Source: Azolla caroliniana
Lineage: Eukaryota; Plantae; Polypodiophyta
Assembly (NCBI GenBank): GCA_043228905.1
Contig: JBHGNT010000012.1
Location: 5,084,001-5,148,000 of the forward strand
Length of the DNA stretch: 64,000 bases
Direction: 5' to 3'
Under the pieces are notes generated by a model. It worked only from the letters and a program-made list of their open reading frames with translations. It did no database searches and was not told the origin of the DNA. Made by a program: the position numbers and the translations under genes. Shown here in pieces: positions 25,811 to 36,400 of this stretch (positions are counted from its first letter, which is position 1; the number at the start of each line of letters is the position of its first letter).

Positions 25811-28800
25811 TCACTTCGGCATGGGATGTCTCTCCAATCCGATCCTCTTCCGGCATGCTTCCAGCTTGTCGGGTGTGAGCACTTTGGTCAGCATATCTGA
25901 GCCATTCTCGTCCGTGTGGATCTTCGTCAGCACGAACTCCTGGTCTTCTATCCTTTCCCGGATCCAGTGATATCTTCGCTGGATGTGCTTCGTCCGGGAG
26001 TGATAGGCCGCGTTCTTCGCAAGGTGGATGGCACTCTGACTGTCGCAGTAGAGTCGGTACTCCTCCTGCCGGATACCGAGCTCTCTAATGAAGTCCTTCA
26101 TCCATATTATTTCCTTGCCGGCTTCAACAGCCGCCATGTACTCCGCCTCCGTGGTTGACAACGCAACCGTCTTCTGCAGCCTCGACTGCCATGAAACAGC
26201 TCCCCCTGCATACGTCATCACATACCCTGATGTGGACCGGCTGGTATCTACATCAGCCGACATATCCGAATCGGTGAAGCCGTCGAGTTCGGGCTTACCG
26301 GAGCCGAATCGGAGGCACACGTTTGCCGTGCCCTTCAGGTATCGGAGTATCCACTTGACCGCGTTCCAGTGCTCTTTGCCGGGATTGCTCATGTACCGGC
26401 TCACCACTCCGACTGCGTATCCTATGTCCGGTCTTGTACACACCATTGCGTACATCAAGCTTCCGACGGCAGAGGCATATGGTACTTTCATCATGTCCTC
26501 TTTCTCAGCCTTTGTCTTGGGGCTTTGCTTGCTGGACAACTTGCAGTTCGCCGGGAGTGTTGACCCGACCGGTCTTGCTTCCGACATGTTGAACCGTTGA
26601 AGCACCTTTGTCACGTACTTCTCCTGTGACAGCCACAACTGCTTCTTCTTCCGGTCCCGGATGATGTGCATCCCTAGTATTTGTCTCGCCGGACCCAGGT
26701 CCTTCATTGAGAAGGTTCGGTGAAGAGCCTTCTTCAGCATCCGTATCTTGACCTGGTCCCGTCCGACGATCAACATGTCGTCCACGTATAGGAGAAGTAT
26801 TAGAAAGTCTCCTCCTTCGAACTTCTTCACAAACACGCAGTGGTCGGACTGCGTTTTGTAGTACCCTTCTTCGGTCATGAAGGAGTCAAACTTTCGGTAC
26901 CACTGCCGGGGAGCCTGCTTCAAACCATAAAGGCTCTTCTTCAACCGGCATACCAAGTGCTCCTTCTCTTTCTTCTCGAATCCTTCCGGTTGCTGCATGT
27001 ATATCTCTTCTTTGAGGTCACCGTGAAGGAATGCCGTCTTCACGTCCATCTGTTCTACCTCGAGGTCCATGCTTGCCGCTATGCTCAGCACCGTCCGGAT
27101 AGAGGTCATCTTCACTACCGGGGCAAATATCTCGTCGAAGTCGACGCCCTTCTTCTGCTGGAACCCCTTCACCACGATCCTGGCTTTGTATCTCGGGGGG
27201 TTTCCGGCATCTCCCGGGTTTAGCTTGAACACCCACTTGTTACGGAGTGCCCGCTTTCCTTTCGGCAACTCCACAAGCTCATATGTGTGGTTCTCATGCA
27301 GGGAATCCATCTCCTCCTGCATGGCACTTAACCACCTGCGGCTATGGGTGTCATGCTTTGCTTCTTCAAAGCTCTCCGGCTCCCCCTCGTCGGTTAGCAG
27401 CACGTGCTCTGGTTCCGGAAATCTCCGGGGGGCCCTTCTCTCTCTTAGAGGATATCTCCGTTCCGGAGCTTCGGTAACCGGTTCTTCCGATTCTTCTTCA
27501 TCCGAATCCATTTCGGGATCGGGACCGGTTCCGGTATCAGGTTCATCTTCCTCGGCCGGTTCTGTTTCTTCACCGTCTTCGGCCGGATCCTCGAGTGCTA
27601 ACCGGTCCCTTACCGGTCGGGACTGCTCCTCGTAGAGTTTATCCTCACCGGTCGACTTGGAGCTCTTCATCTTCTTCTCCGACTCCCAGTCGGCGAGTGT
27701 CTTGTCCTCCATGAAGATGATATCTCGACTCCTGAATATCTTCTTGTCGACCGGGTCCCATACTCGGTAGCCGAACTCGTCGTCGCCGTAACCGAGGAAT
27801 ATGCATGGCCGGGTCTTTGGATCTAACTTTCCTCTCCGGTCCTTTGCCACATGCACGTATGCGAGACACCCGAACACCTTCAGATGCCGGTAGGACACTT
27901 CCTTACCGGTCCACACCTTTTGCGGCGTGTCTCCGTCCAGAGGTACTGAGGGTGATCTGTTTATCACGTATGTCGCCGTCGACATTGCCTCAGCCCAAAA
28001 CCCCTTGGGTAATTTCGCATGTGCCAGCATACTCCGGACCCTCTCCATTATGGTCCGGTTCATCCTCTCGGCCAGCCCGTTCAGTTCCGGCGTCTTCGGC
28101 ACAGTAAACTCGAGCCGGATTCCGTTCGAGCGACAGTACTCCTGGAACTGCCCCTGGTATTCCCCTCCGTTATCCGCTCGTATCGCTTTGAGCTTCTTGC
28201 CGGATTCCCTTTCCACTCTCGCGTGAAGTTCTTTGAAGACGGACAATACTTGGTCCTTTGTCTTCAACGGTGCCGTCCACAGCTTCCGGCTATGGTCATC
28301 TATGAATGTTACGAAGTACTGGGCTCCGCCGTGTGACTTCGTTTCTACCTGACACACATCAGTGTGCACCAACTCCAATGGTACACTACGTCTCGTCGGT
28401 GGCCTTGAGTGGAAGGAGGTCCGGTTCTGCTTACCGGCCAGGTAGTCGGTGCACTTCTCCAGATGCACATGCTTCACTGGAATAAGGTTGTCTTCTGCAA
28501 GCCTCTTCATCCCCTTCTCACTCATGTGGCACAGTCTTTTGTGCCACAGCTCACCGGCAGTGTCAGCTGCCACATTCAGCTCTTCCGGACATAACCGGGC
28601 ATTCATCAGGTACAGTGTGTTGACCTTCCGGGCCCGAGCCACTATCAGGCTCCCTTTGCTGAACTTCATGACACCGTTCCGGATGCTACCCGTGTAACCT
28701 TCATCATCTAGCCTCCCGGCCGAGATCAGGTTCAATCGGACCTCCGGAACGTGTCGCACATCCTTCAGCAGCATCTTGCATCCGGTTGATGTCATCAGCC

Positions 28801-29884
28801 ACACGTCTCCTATGCCGGCAATCCGGCATGTTCCTTCATTTCCCATCCGGACACAGCCGTGCTCACCGGCTGTGTAGGATGAGAAGTATTTCTTCTCCGG
28901 GGTCAGGTGGAACGACGCTCCGGAATCGACCACCCAGGTCATCTCTTCACCGGCAAGGTTCAGCTCCCTCTCTTCGGTAATGAGCATTATCTCTTCTTCA
29001 CTTGCCGCGAGTGCCGTCGTTCCTTTCCGGTCCTGCCCTCGCCGATCCGGACCTCTCCGGTCCGTGGCTCCCCGGTATGCACCGTTTCTCTCCGGTGACT
29101 TCTTCGAATCGGTGTCGTCGGCTCCGTTGTCTTTTCGGTAATGCCGACAATTCTTTCGGAAGTGCCCCGGCTTCCCACAGTGGAAGCATGTGGGCCTTCC
29201 TCTTGACTGCGACCGGGTCCCCGACTTATCCCGTCTTTGCGGACTCCGGTTCCATTGTCTTCCCCGTTCCGATTCGGTAAGCAGCGCCTTCGAGTCGGAG
29301 GCCGGTTCTTTATCTCTCCGACGCGCTTCTTCGTTCAAGATACTTGTCTTTACCGTCTGTAGGGACAAGTTATCTTCGGTGCAGGAGGTGCTGAGAGTCA
29401 CCACCAAGTTCTCCCAGCTTTCCGGCAATGTACACATCAATATGATGGCTTGCATTGCATCCTCCAACGGGAACTTGATCGCCGCAAGCTGGTTCACGAA
29501 TCCCATGAACGTGCTTACGTGTTCCACCATACTCTCGCCGTCCCGGTACTTGAGGTTCACTATCTTCCTCATCAGGGAGGTCCGGTTCAACGCATTCTTC
29601 CTCTCGTAGAGGCCCGATAGCTTCCGCCACATCTCGTATGCGTTGGTGTCGTTCGCCACATGTTGTAGAACGCTCACGTCGACGTATTGCCGAATGGTTG
29701 CAACGGCTTTCCGGTTCAGAAGCCTCCATTCCGACTCAAGTACCCCCTTCGGTATTTCCGACCTGTCAATCGGTTCGTACAGGTCCCGAACAATCAGAAG
29801 ATCCTCCATCTTGATCTTCCAGTCGGCGTAATTCTGCGCATTCAGCACCATCATCCCCGGCTGCCCGCTGCCGCCGGCTTCCAT
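25811..29884 (-). CDS. gag-pol: Tnt1-like Gag-Pol polyprotein, uninterrupted (likely ATG at 29884)
   Basis: 1361-aa ORF: CFHCGKPGHFRKNC, VDSGASFH, WHKRLCH, VHTD/RADNGGEY/NGLAERMN, MDVKTAFL, YVDD, RNase H SDMLTK. Confidence 0.95.
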   Translation of the reverse strand: MEAGGSGQPGMMVLNAQNYADWKIKMEDLLIVRDLYEPIDRSEIPKGVLESEWRLLNRKAVATIRQYVDVSVLQHVANDTNAYEMWRKLSGLYERKNALNRTSLMRKIVNLKYRDGESMVEHVSTFMGFVNQLAAIKFPLEDAMQAIILMCTLPESWENLVVTLSTSCTEDNLSLQTVKTSILNEEARRRDKEPASDSKALLTESERGRQWNRSPQRRDKSGTRSQSRGRPTCFHCGKPGHFRKNCRHYRKDNGADDTDSKKSPERNGAYRGATDRRGPDRRGQDRKGTTALAASEEEIMLITEERELNLAGEEMTWVVDSGASFHLTPEKKYFSSYTAGEHGCVRMGNEGTCRIAGIGDVWLMTSTGCKMLLKDVRHVPEVRLNLISAGRLDDEGYTGSIRNGVMKFSKGSLIVARARKVNTLYLMNARLCPEELNVAADTAGELWHKRLCHMSEKGMKRLAEDNLIPVKHVHLEKCTDYLAGKQNRTSFHSRPPTRRSVPLELVHTDVCQVETKSHGGAQYFVTFIDDHSRKLWTAPLKTKDQVLSVFKELHARVERESGKKLKAIRADNGGEYQGQFQEYCRSNGIRLEFTVPKTPELNGLAERMNRTIMERVRSMLAHAKLPKGFWAEAMSTATYVINRSPSVPLDGDTPQKVWTGKEVSYRHLKVFGCLAYVHVAKDRRGKLDPKTRPCIFLGYGDDEFGYRVWDPVDKKIFRSRDIIFMEDKTLADWESEKKMKSSKSTGEDKLYEEQSRPVRDRLALEDPAEDGEETEPAEEDEPDTGTGPDPEMDSDEEESEEPVTEAPERRYPLRERRAPRRFPEPEHVLLTDEGEPESFEEAKHDTHSRRWLSAMQEEMDSLHENHTYELVELPKGKRALRNKWVFKLNPGDAGNPPRYKARIVVKGFQQKKGVDFDEIFAPVVKMTSIRTVLSIAASMDLEVEQMDVKTAFLHGDLKEEIYMQQPEGFEKKEKEHLVCRLKKSLYGLKQAPRQWYRKFDSFMTEEGYYKTQSDHCVFVKKFEGGDFLILLLYVDDMLIVGRDQVKIRMLKKALHRTFSMKDLGPARQILGMHIIRDRKKKQLWLSQEKYVTKVLQRFNMSEARPVGSTLPANCKLSSKQSPKTKAEKEDMMKVPYASAVGSLMYAMVCTRPDIGYAVGVVSRYMSNPGKEHWNAVKWILRYLKGTANVCLRFGSGKPELDGFTDSDMSADVDTSRSTSGYVMTYAGGAVSWQSRLQKTVALSTTEAEYMAAVEAGKEIIWMKDFIRELGIRQEEYRLYCDSQSAIHLAKNAAYHSRTKHIQRRYHWIRERIEDQEFVLTKIHTDENGSDMLTKVLTPDKLEACRKRIGLERHPMPK

Positions 29885-32089
29885 TTTCTGCAGCAACTCG
29901 CTCTGATACCACTTGTTGAGAATCGACGCTCCGATTCACCTTCACCTCTCGGCCACAACCAAGGAAACACACGAATCGTTGTTGCAGAAAATAGGAAATA
30001 CAGAGAAAGACACGATAACACAGGGATTAACGTGGAAAACCCTATACGGGAAAAACCACGGGAGTGCAAGACTCCAAACCAAAACTATGCACAGAGAAAT
30101 ATACAATGGCGAGCTGCAAGGCGACGACCCTGAGCTCGCTATCCTCGCCACAGGCGGCGGTATTACACAGAGGCGTCGACCTCTTCCTCTCTCACGCTCT
30201 GTCTCTCTCACGGCTGCTCTCTCTTCACTCCTCTTGAGTGGAAAAACAGAAAAATGAGCAATAACACCATCTGTTTGCCCTAAGTCATATTTATACACAT
30301 ATGACTTTCGGGCTATTTACAATTATAGCCTCAAGGGCCCTTGGTAAACATATTCACAAATATGTCCCCGCATCCGGATCTCTCTCTCCGGGTACATTCG
30401 TCATCCGGCTCCGTAGCCGGGGTCTTCATCATCCGGCTCCGTAGCCGGGATCTTCATCATCCGGATCCGCAGCCGGGGTATTCGTCATCCGGCTCCGTAG
30501 CCGGGGACTTCATCATCCGGCTCCGTAACCACAACCGTAACCGTAGCCGTAACAGGGATTGCCGTCATTCATCTCCGGACATCCCATCCGGAGGGACCGA
30601 AATCCCAACAGTGGTGTCAACATCGTCGGTGTCGAGGATGAACATCCTCCCGTCCCTGCACCCTTGCGTGATTATTCGGCCTTCTTCCTCTATGAAGCAC
30701 CCAAGGTGGGTGAACCGCACCTACATCCCCTGGTCAACGATCTGCCCAACCGACACCAAGTTCGTTGTGATTGTCGGAACATGTGGTACGTTCATCAACT
30801 TTCCCCTTTGTTTGACATGGCTTAAAGGGACTTCTCTGACATGCACAATCGGGTGCGGAGTGTCGTCTCCGGTTTCGACAACTCCCGGTTGTTTTGGCTT
30901 TTCCCGAAACGAGAACCACTCTTCGTGGCTCGTCATGTGGTTAGACGCTCCGAAGTCAACATACCACACTTCCTTCGATTTGGAAGTGATCTTCTTCATT
31001 GAGTTCGCCTTATGTTTCATCACAAAGGTTGGCCCTTTTCCGATCTTACCGGTTCTGGATCCTTTTGATCCCTTAGCGTAGTGCGAGCTTTGCTAGTTCC
31101 CTTGTCCGGCCTTGCCGGATCCAGATTTATCTAAATCGGCACGCTTCTTCCAGCACTCGCTCTCTCAATGGTGCTTCTTGCCACAATACCAGCATTCCGT
31201 GTCAGTTTTCCCTTGTCTGTTTCCTGTGCTGCCTTGACTCCCCCGGCTAGTGGAGGGTGCGGAGCTGCTGTCGGCACTATCTCTGTGCCTCTGATTCTCC
31301 TCTTGTCGATTGCCTGCATTGCGTGCCGATCCACCTCGTCCTTCACGCCCATGGGGCCGATCTACCTCCGTGTACAACATCTAGTCCGATTGAATGGTCC
31401 TTGACCCACTCGCGTGGTTTTCTTCGATCATGAGCATCGATTGCAGGTCGAAGAAGGATGGTGGTTTCTCCCAGGTGAGGATAGATTTGAGCCGTTCCTT
31501 TGAGCTAGAACACCAAGATAGATTTGCACCATTTCGTCCTTGTCTATCGTGACATCAATGGACCCTAATGTGTCGCAAACCTCCTCTATCTTCATGGTGT
31601 AGTCTGAAACTGACATATCCTTTTGTCGGATATTGTTTAGTTCTTGCCGTAGTTGTAGCTTCCGGGCTGAGGTACTTGTGGCAAAAATCTTTTTTAGATT
31701 TTCCTAAGCATGGTTTAGCATCTTAGCATCTCTAATGTAGTCGATCATCTGGTCGTGCACGGAGGACGCACGACAGTACAGAACTCTGCTTGCTCCTTGT
31801 TCCCATGCCTGGAACTCCTTTTGTGATGACTTCGGCGTTATTTCATTCACACCCTCAACATAATTCCAGTATCCATGTCTCAGCAGATACTGGTGCATCT
31901 TGTACAACCAAGATGCATAATTGTGTCTATCAAGCTTCTCTGTCAGAAACGAACTTGTCATACCTTTGTTCATCTTTCGTTCTTTACCGGATGTTAGGGT
32001 TTGTCTTCAGTAATCGCTTGTCGGTTGCGAAGTTTCTCAACCCTTGTACTCTGATACCATGTAGAAGTTAATATGCAAAAGCATACGAC

Positions 32090-32533
32090 TGTTATGATAT
32101 GGAAAGACTCGAACCCATGACCTTATGTAACATGGGTCAAAATCTTGACCATTAGACTATAAGTTGTAATATAAGGAATATTATTTTCATTTAAGTTTTA
32201 CTATAGAAAATTGATGTATATTCCAGATTTCACTAGAACATTCTAGAAACTTGAGGAGTACTTCTGAGAACACTATAAAAGGAGGCACAAGACATTATTT
32301 CAAACCAAATCGGTTCAACGCCAGTCTTAAGCCTCCTAGCTACTATTGTATATTCTCTTAACATAATATATATCTTTTGTTATCATCATTCTCTCTCTCT
32401 CTCACTCACTCTTTCCTTCTCTCGAGAGTTCTACACCTCCCTTAGTACTAATCCTCATCATTTAGTACTAGTTCCTTCCCTGTCTTAGTATTGTTCCTGA
32501 TAGTACTTCTCTTCCTTAGTACTGTTCCTGACA
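32090..32533 (+). mobile_element. Solo LTR of an unrelated family inside the B2 5' LTR
   Basis: TGTTA...TGACA ends, TSD ACGAC/ATGAC (4 of 5), TATA CTATAAAAGG at ~32273. Absent from the partner LTR at 21192. Confidence 0.85.
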
Positions 32534-33459
32534 ATGACAAACCAGTTCAATCGGATAGCAATAGAGAGAGTACAGGTTTAATGGAAACCTTACAAGACAC
32601 AGATTGAGAGTGAGAGAGATAGAGAGAGCAGAATAGCATAAACTATATTAAAAAATAATACTCTGTACATAGGATGTGCTCAATGAACACTCTTTATACA
32701 AGTCCACAAGGGATTGACAAAAGCACTATGTACTTCAATGCAAATACAAGCAGTTGACACTAACTACGAGGACCATGACTACCTAGTAGTCTAGAAGCGT
32801 AGACCTCTAAACGGCCTACCGGTACACACGTGGGTCTGGCTCTCCGATCCGGCTCCCCAATCCCTATCCGGCTCCTGGTTCCGGATACTATCCAGACACC
32901 AATCCAGATATGATCCGACTCAAGCTTATCCAGCCGATCCGAATGTGGTTGAGCTTGCTCGCTCAACATTCTTCCTTTTGAGGGGAAGGTGTAAAATAAT
33001 ACGATTGCAGAAGCCAAGACAAAACCAGCTCATTCGGATAGCAAAAGAATACTGAAAAGAATGGCATGCGGAAGCAATATAGGAAAACCGAACAACAGAA
33101 AACGTAGGTTTAATGGAAAGCTTAGGTTTGCACAGTATGCACAGAAGAGATTGAGAGAAAGTAACTCAAGAACTTAAATTCGAACAAAATACTCAATCTC
33201 TACATAGGATGTGCTCAGTGAGCACTTTTATACAAGCCCTAACAATGGGCTGACACAAGTACTGGCAGTACTTGACTGCTCATAAATGAGCCTCGACACT
33301 TACTCCCGAAACTATTCCTTACGAGGAATATCTTTCTAACGGCCTTTCGATCTACGCACCGATACGGCCTTTCTACTCACCGATCTACGTACCGGTTTTA
33401 TGCACCCAGTCTACGCACTGGTTATGCATCGTATTACGCACAAATGTTGAGCTTGTCTC

Positions 33460-36400
33460 TCAACACTCCCCCTCAAGCTCAACTTGATGTTCCGCCTGCT
33501 CTGCCGGACCTACGCTCCAGCTTCTCCTAGCTCCACGCCTCGCTCGCGCTCCTCGGCCTGTTCGACTCTGTGCGCTTCGACCCTTCTGGTCGGCTTGTCT
33601 GCTCCCATGGCCCTTCACAGGTCCCTTGCTGTCGCGGTGTTGGCCCTTCTCCTGCTGCCTTCTTTTCCACTTGGCCCTCGGTTGATTTAGTGTATTTGAA
33701 TCAAACATCCGAACTAACTCGGCTACCTCCGATCGGTTTTCGCTCTCATCCGAGTTGGCTGTCTCCAACTCGTCTCCGGTCTTCTCGCCCTTGACGGCGT
33801 CATCTCCTCCATGCCTGGTTGTCTTTGGCTCTTTCTTTCGGCTACTCCCCTTGTGTCCGCTTTCGGACTCTTCCGCAGATCCGCTCTCGGCTTCTTCAGC
33901 CGATCCGAGGTTTTTTTCACTCCTTTCCTGCTCCCTTTCATGGTTATCTGGGACGTTTCTCCCCCTCAAGTTCGGCACGTCGAGGTGACGCAACCCAAGC
34001 GCACCCGAAAATTGCCCCAACTTGTCCAGACCAATAGACTTGGTGAAGATGTCGGCGGTCTGCCGATCCGTCGGAACATATTGAAGTTCGACTTCACCAG
34101 AAAGGACACGCTCACGGACAAAATGGTAGTGCACCTCAATGTGCTTGGTCCATGCATGGAAGACGAGGTTCTTCGCGAGTTGGATGCTATTGAGGTTGTC
34201 GTAGTAGATCGTCGTTGGATCGGACACCTCCACCTGCAGATCCTTAAGTAGCCGCTTCAACCATATGGCTTCGCATGTTGCGACAGCCGCTCCTCTATAC
34301 TCGGCTTTGGTACTCGACAATGCAACTGTCGGCTGCTTCTTGCTACTCCACGCTATCGCGACACTCCCAAGAGAGAACACATATCCGGACGTGGATCGGT
34401 GATCGGCGACATTGTCGGCCCAGTCAGCATCGGTGTAGCCGACCAACTGCGGGGCTGTATTGGTCCGATATAGCAGTCCTCGGTCGTTAGTGCCGCTTAC
34501 TTACCGCAATACGCGTTTCGCACACTGAAGGTGCTCCTCGGTAGGTCGCGCCATGAACTGACTGATCACCCTGACCGGATAACTGAGATCGGGTCAGGTG
34601 ATTGTCAAGTAGATAAGGCTTCCGACAACTTGTCGGAACCTTGTCGGATCGCAAACCTTGCCGGAATTGGGGCGAACCTTGACAGTTCTATCTAGAGGAG
34701 TCGAGATGGACTTACAGTCTGCCATCCCGAATTTGAAGAGCATATTCAGCGCGTAATGACGTTGGCTGATTAGTATGCCTTCGGGGGTGCGGATCACTTC
34801 GATCCCAAGGAAGTAATGAAGGTCCCCAAGATCCTTCATGTCGAATGATGCCGCAAGCTGGAGCTTCACGCGGTTGATTTCACCTAGGTCGGCGCCGGTG
34901 ATGACCAAGTCATCAACATAGAGTAAAATACTGACCGGCCCGAGGCGACCTTTCCGAATGAACAACGAGGAGTCCGATTTTGACATCGCAAAGCCCATCC
35001 GACGTAGCCGATGCGTGATTTTCGCATTCTAGGCACGCGGGGCTTGCTTCAGTCCGTAAAGGGATTTCTTCAATCGGCATACTGCCGACGTGTTCGTTCC
35101 GGAGTGAAATCCGGGGGGTTGTACCATGTACACTTGGTCCTCAAGCTCACCTTGCAGGAATGCATTCTTTACATCCATCTGATGTAGGTGCCACCCCTTG
35201 GCCGCGGCTACCGCGAGCAAAACACGGGCAGTCGTCATCTTTGCGACTGGCGTGAACGTCTCATCGTAGTCGATGTCGTGTTTCTGCGCATAGCCTTTTG
35301 CCACTAACCGGGCCTTGTATCGGTTGACCGAGCCGTCGGTGTTGTACTTGACTTTGCACACCCACCTACATCCGATCGGCTTCACACCCTTCGGTGCGTC
35401 AACCAAGTCCCAAGTCTCGTTTTCCGCCAATGTGTGCATCTCTTCCTCCATCGCAGCACGCCAATTCGCGTCCTGCGCCGCTTCTGCGTAGCTCTCCGGC
35501 TCATGCATGTCCGCTACATGGGTCATGTATGCATAGTGATGCGCCATGTACTCGTTGTATCCAAACCGCACAACTAGGTTCTTTTGGCGGGTAGATCGGC
35601 GTAATCGGTCATTAGCCGATGTCGAGGTCTTCTCAGCTGATGCGGACTTCGTTTCTAAAGGCCCGTCGCCGCTTCCCTCAGAGTCGGACTCGCGTCGGTC
35701 TGACTCGTTCCTATCCGTGCCGGAATCCGACACCTTCTTCTTCCCTTTCTCTTTGCGTGTAAGCCGTCTCCTCGGCTTCCTACGAGGGGAATGCACGGCC
35801 GAGTCTCCACTACTCGCCGGCTCTTCATCGGACCGGTCATACCGACTCAGTCATCCATTCAGTCCACTTAACGGAAACGAAATCGGACTCTCTTCGTGGG
35901 TCCCGATTTCCGGCTCAGTCGGAGGCACCTCGGCCTCACTGTCCTCATCGTCAGAACTCGGATTGGAGGTGAGGTCCGGTGTCAGAGGCAAGTACCATGA
36001 CGCGGACTCATCAAACACAACGTCGCGGCTCACGCGCAGTTGTTTGGTACTCGGGTTATAGCACTTATAACCCTTCTGCTCGTCCGAATAGCCAACCAAG
36101 ATACATTTCTCGGCTTTTGTGTCCAACTTCCTCCTTTTCTCCTTCGGCACATGCACATATGCAATGCTACCGAAAACTCGTAAGTGTCGCAAGTTCGACT
36201 TTATTCCAAAGCATAGCTCGTGCGCCGACACTTTTTCTCCGATCCGGTTCTGGATGTATACCGCGGTTCTTACTGCCTCGGCCCAATAGAACTTAGGCAA
36301 GCTCTTCTCCTCCAGCATTGCGCGTGCAGCTTCCACAACCGACCGATTTTTCCTCTCGGCCACGCCGTTTTGCTCCGGCGTGTATCTACAACTGAATTCG

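Larger units (their letters stand above)
25104..30610 (-). mobile_element. Copia family A copy A1, full-length and very young
   Basis: 697-bp LTRs at 25104-25800 and 29914-30610 with one difference seen by eye. TSD GTGGT, Met-i PBS 29900-29911, PPT ~25801-25810. Confidence 0.96.
21192..32968 (-). mobile_element. Copia family B copy B2, degenerate, inserted in an array spacer; hosts A1 and a solo LTR
   Basis: TSD TTCTT (21187-21191 and 32969-32973). 3' LTR 21192-21610, PPT 21611-21619, PBS 32049-32059, 5' LTR 32060-32968 (interrupted). Decayed gag-pol homologous to B1. Confidence 0.92.

Noticed and set aside
25916-29831. Numerous antisense and alternate-frame ORFs over gag-pol
   Set aside because: Shadow ORFs of GC-rich coding sequence with no independent motifs.
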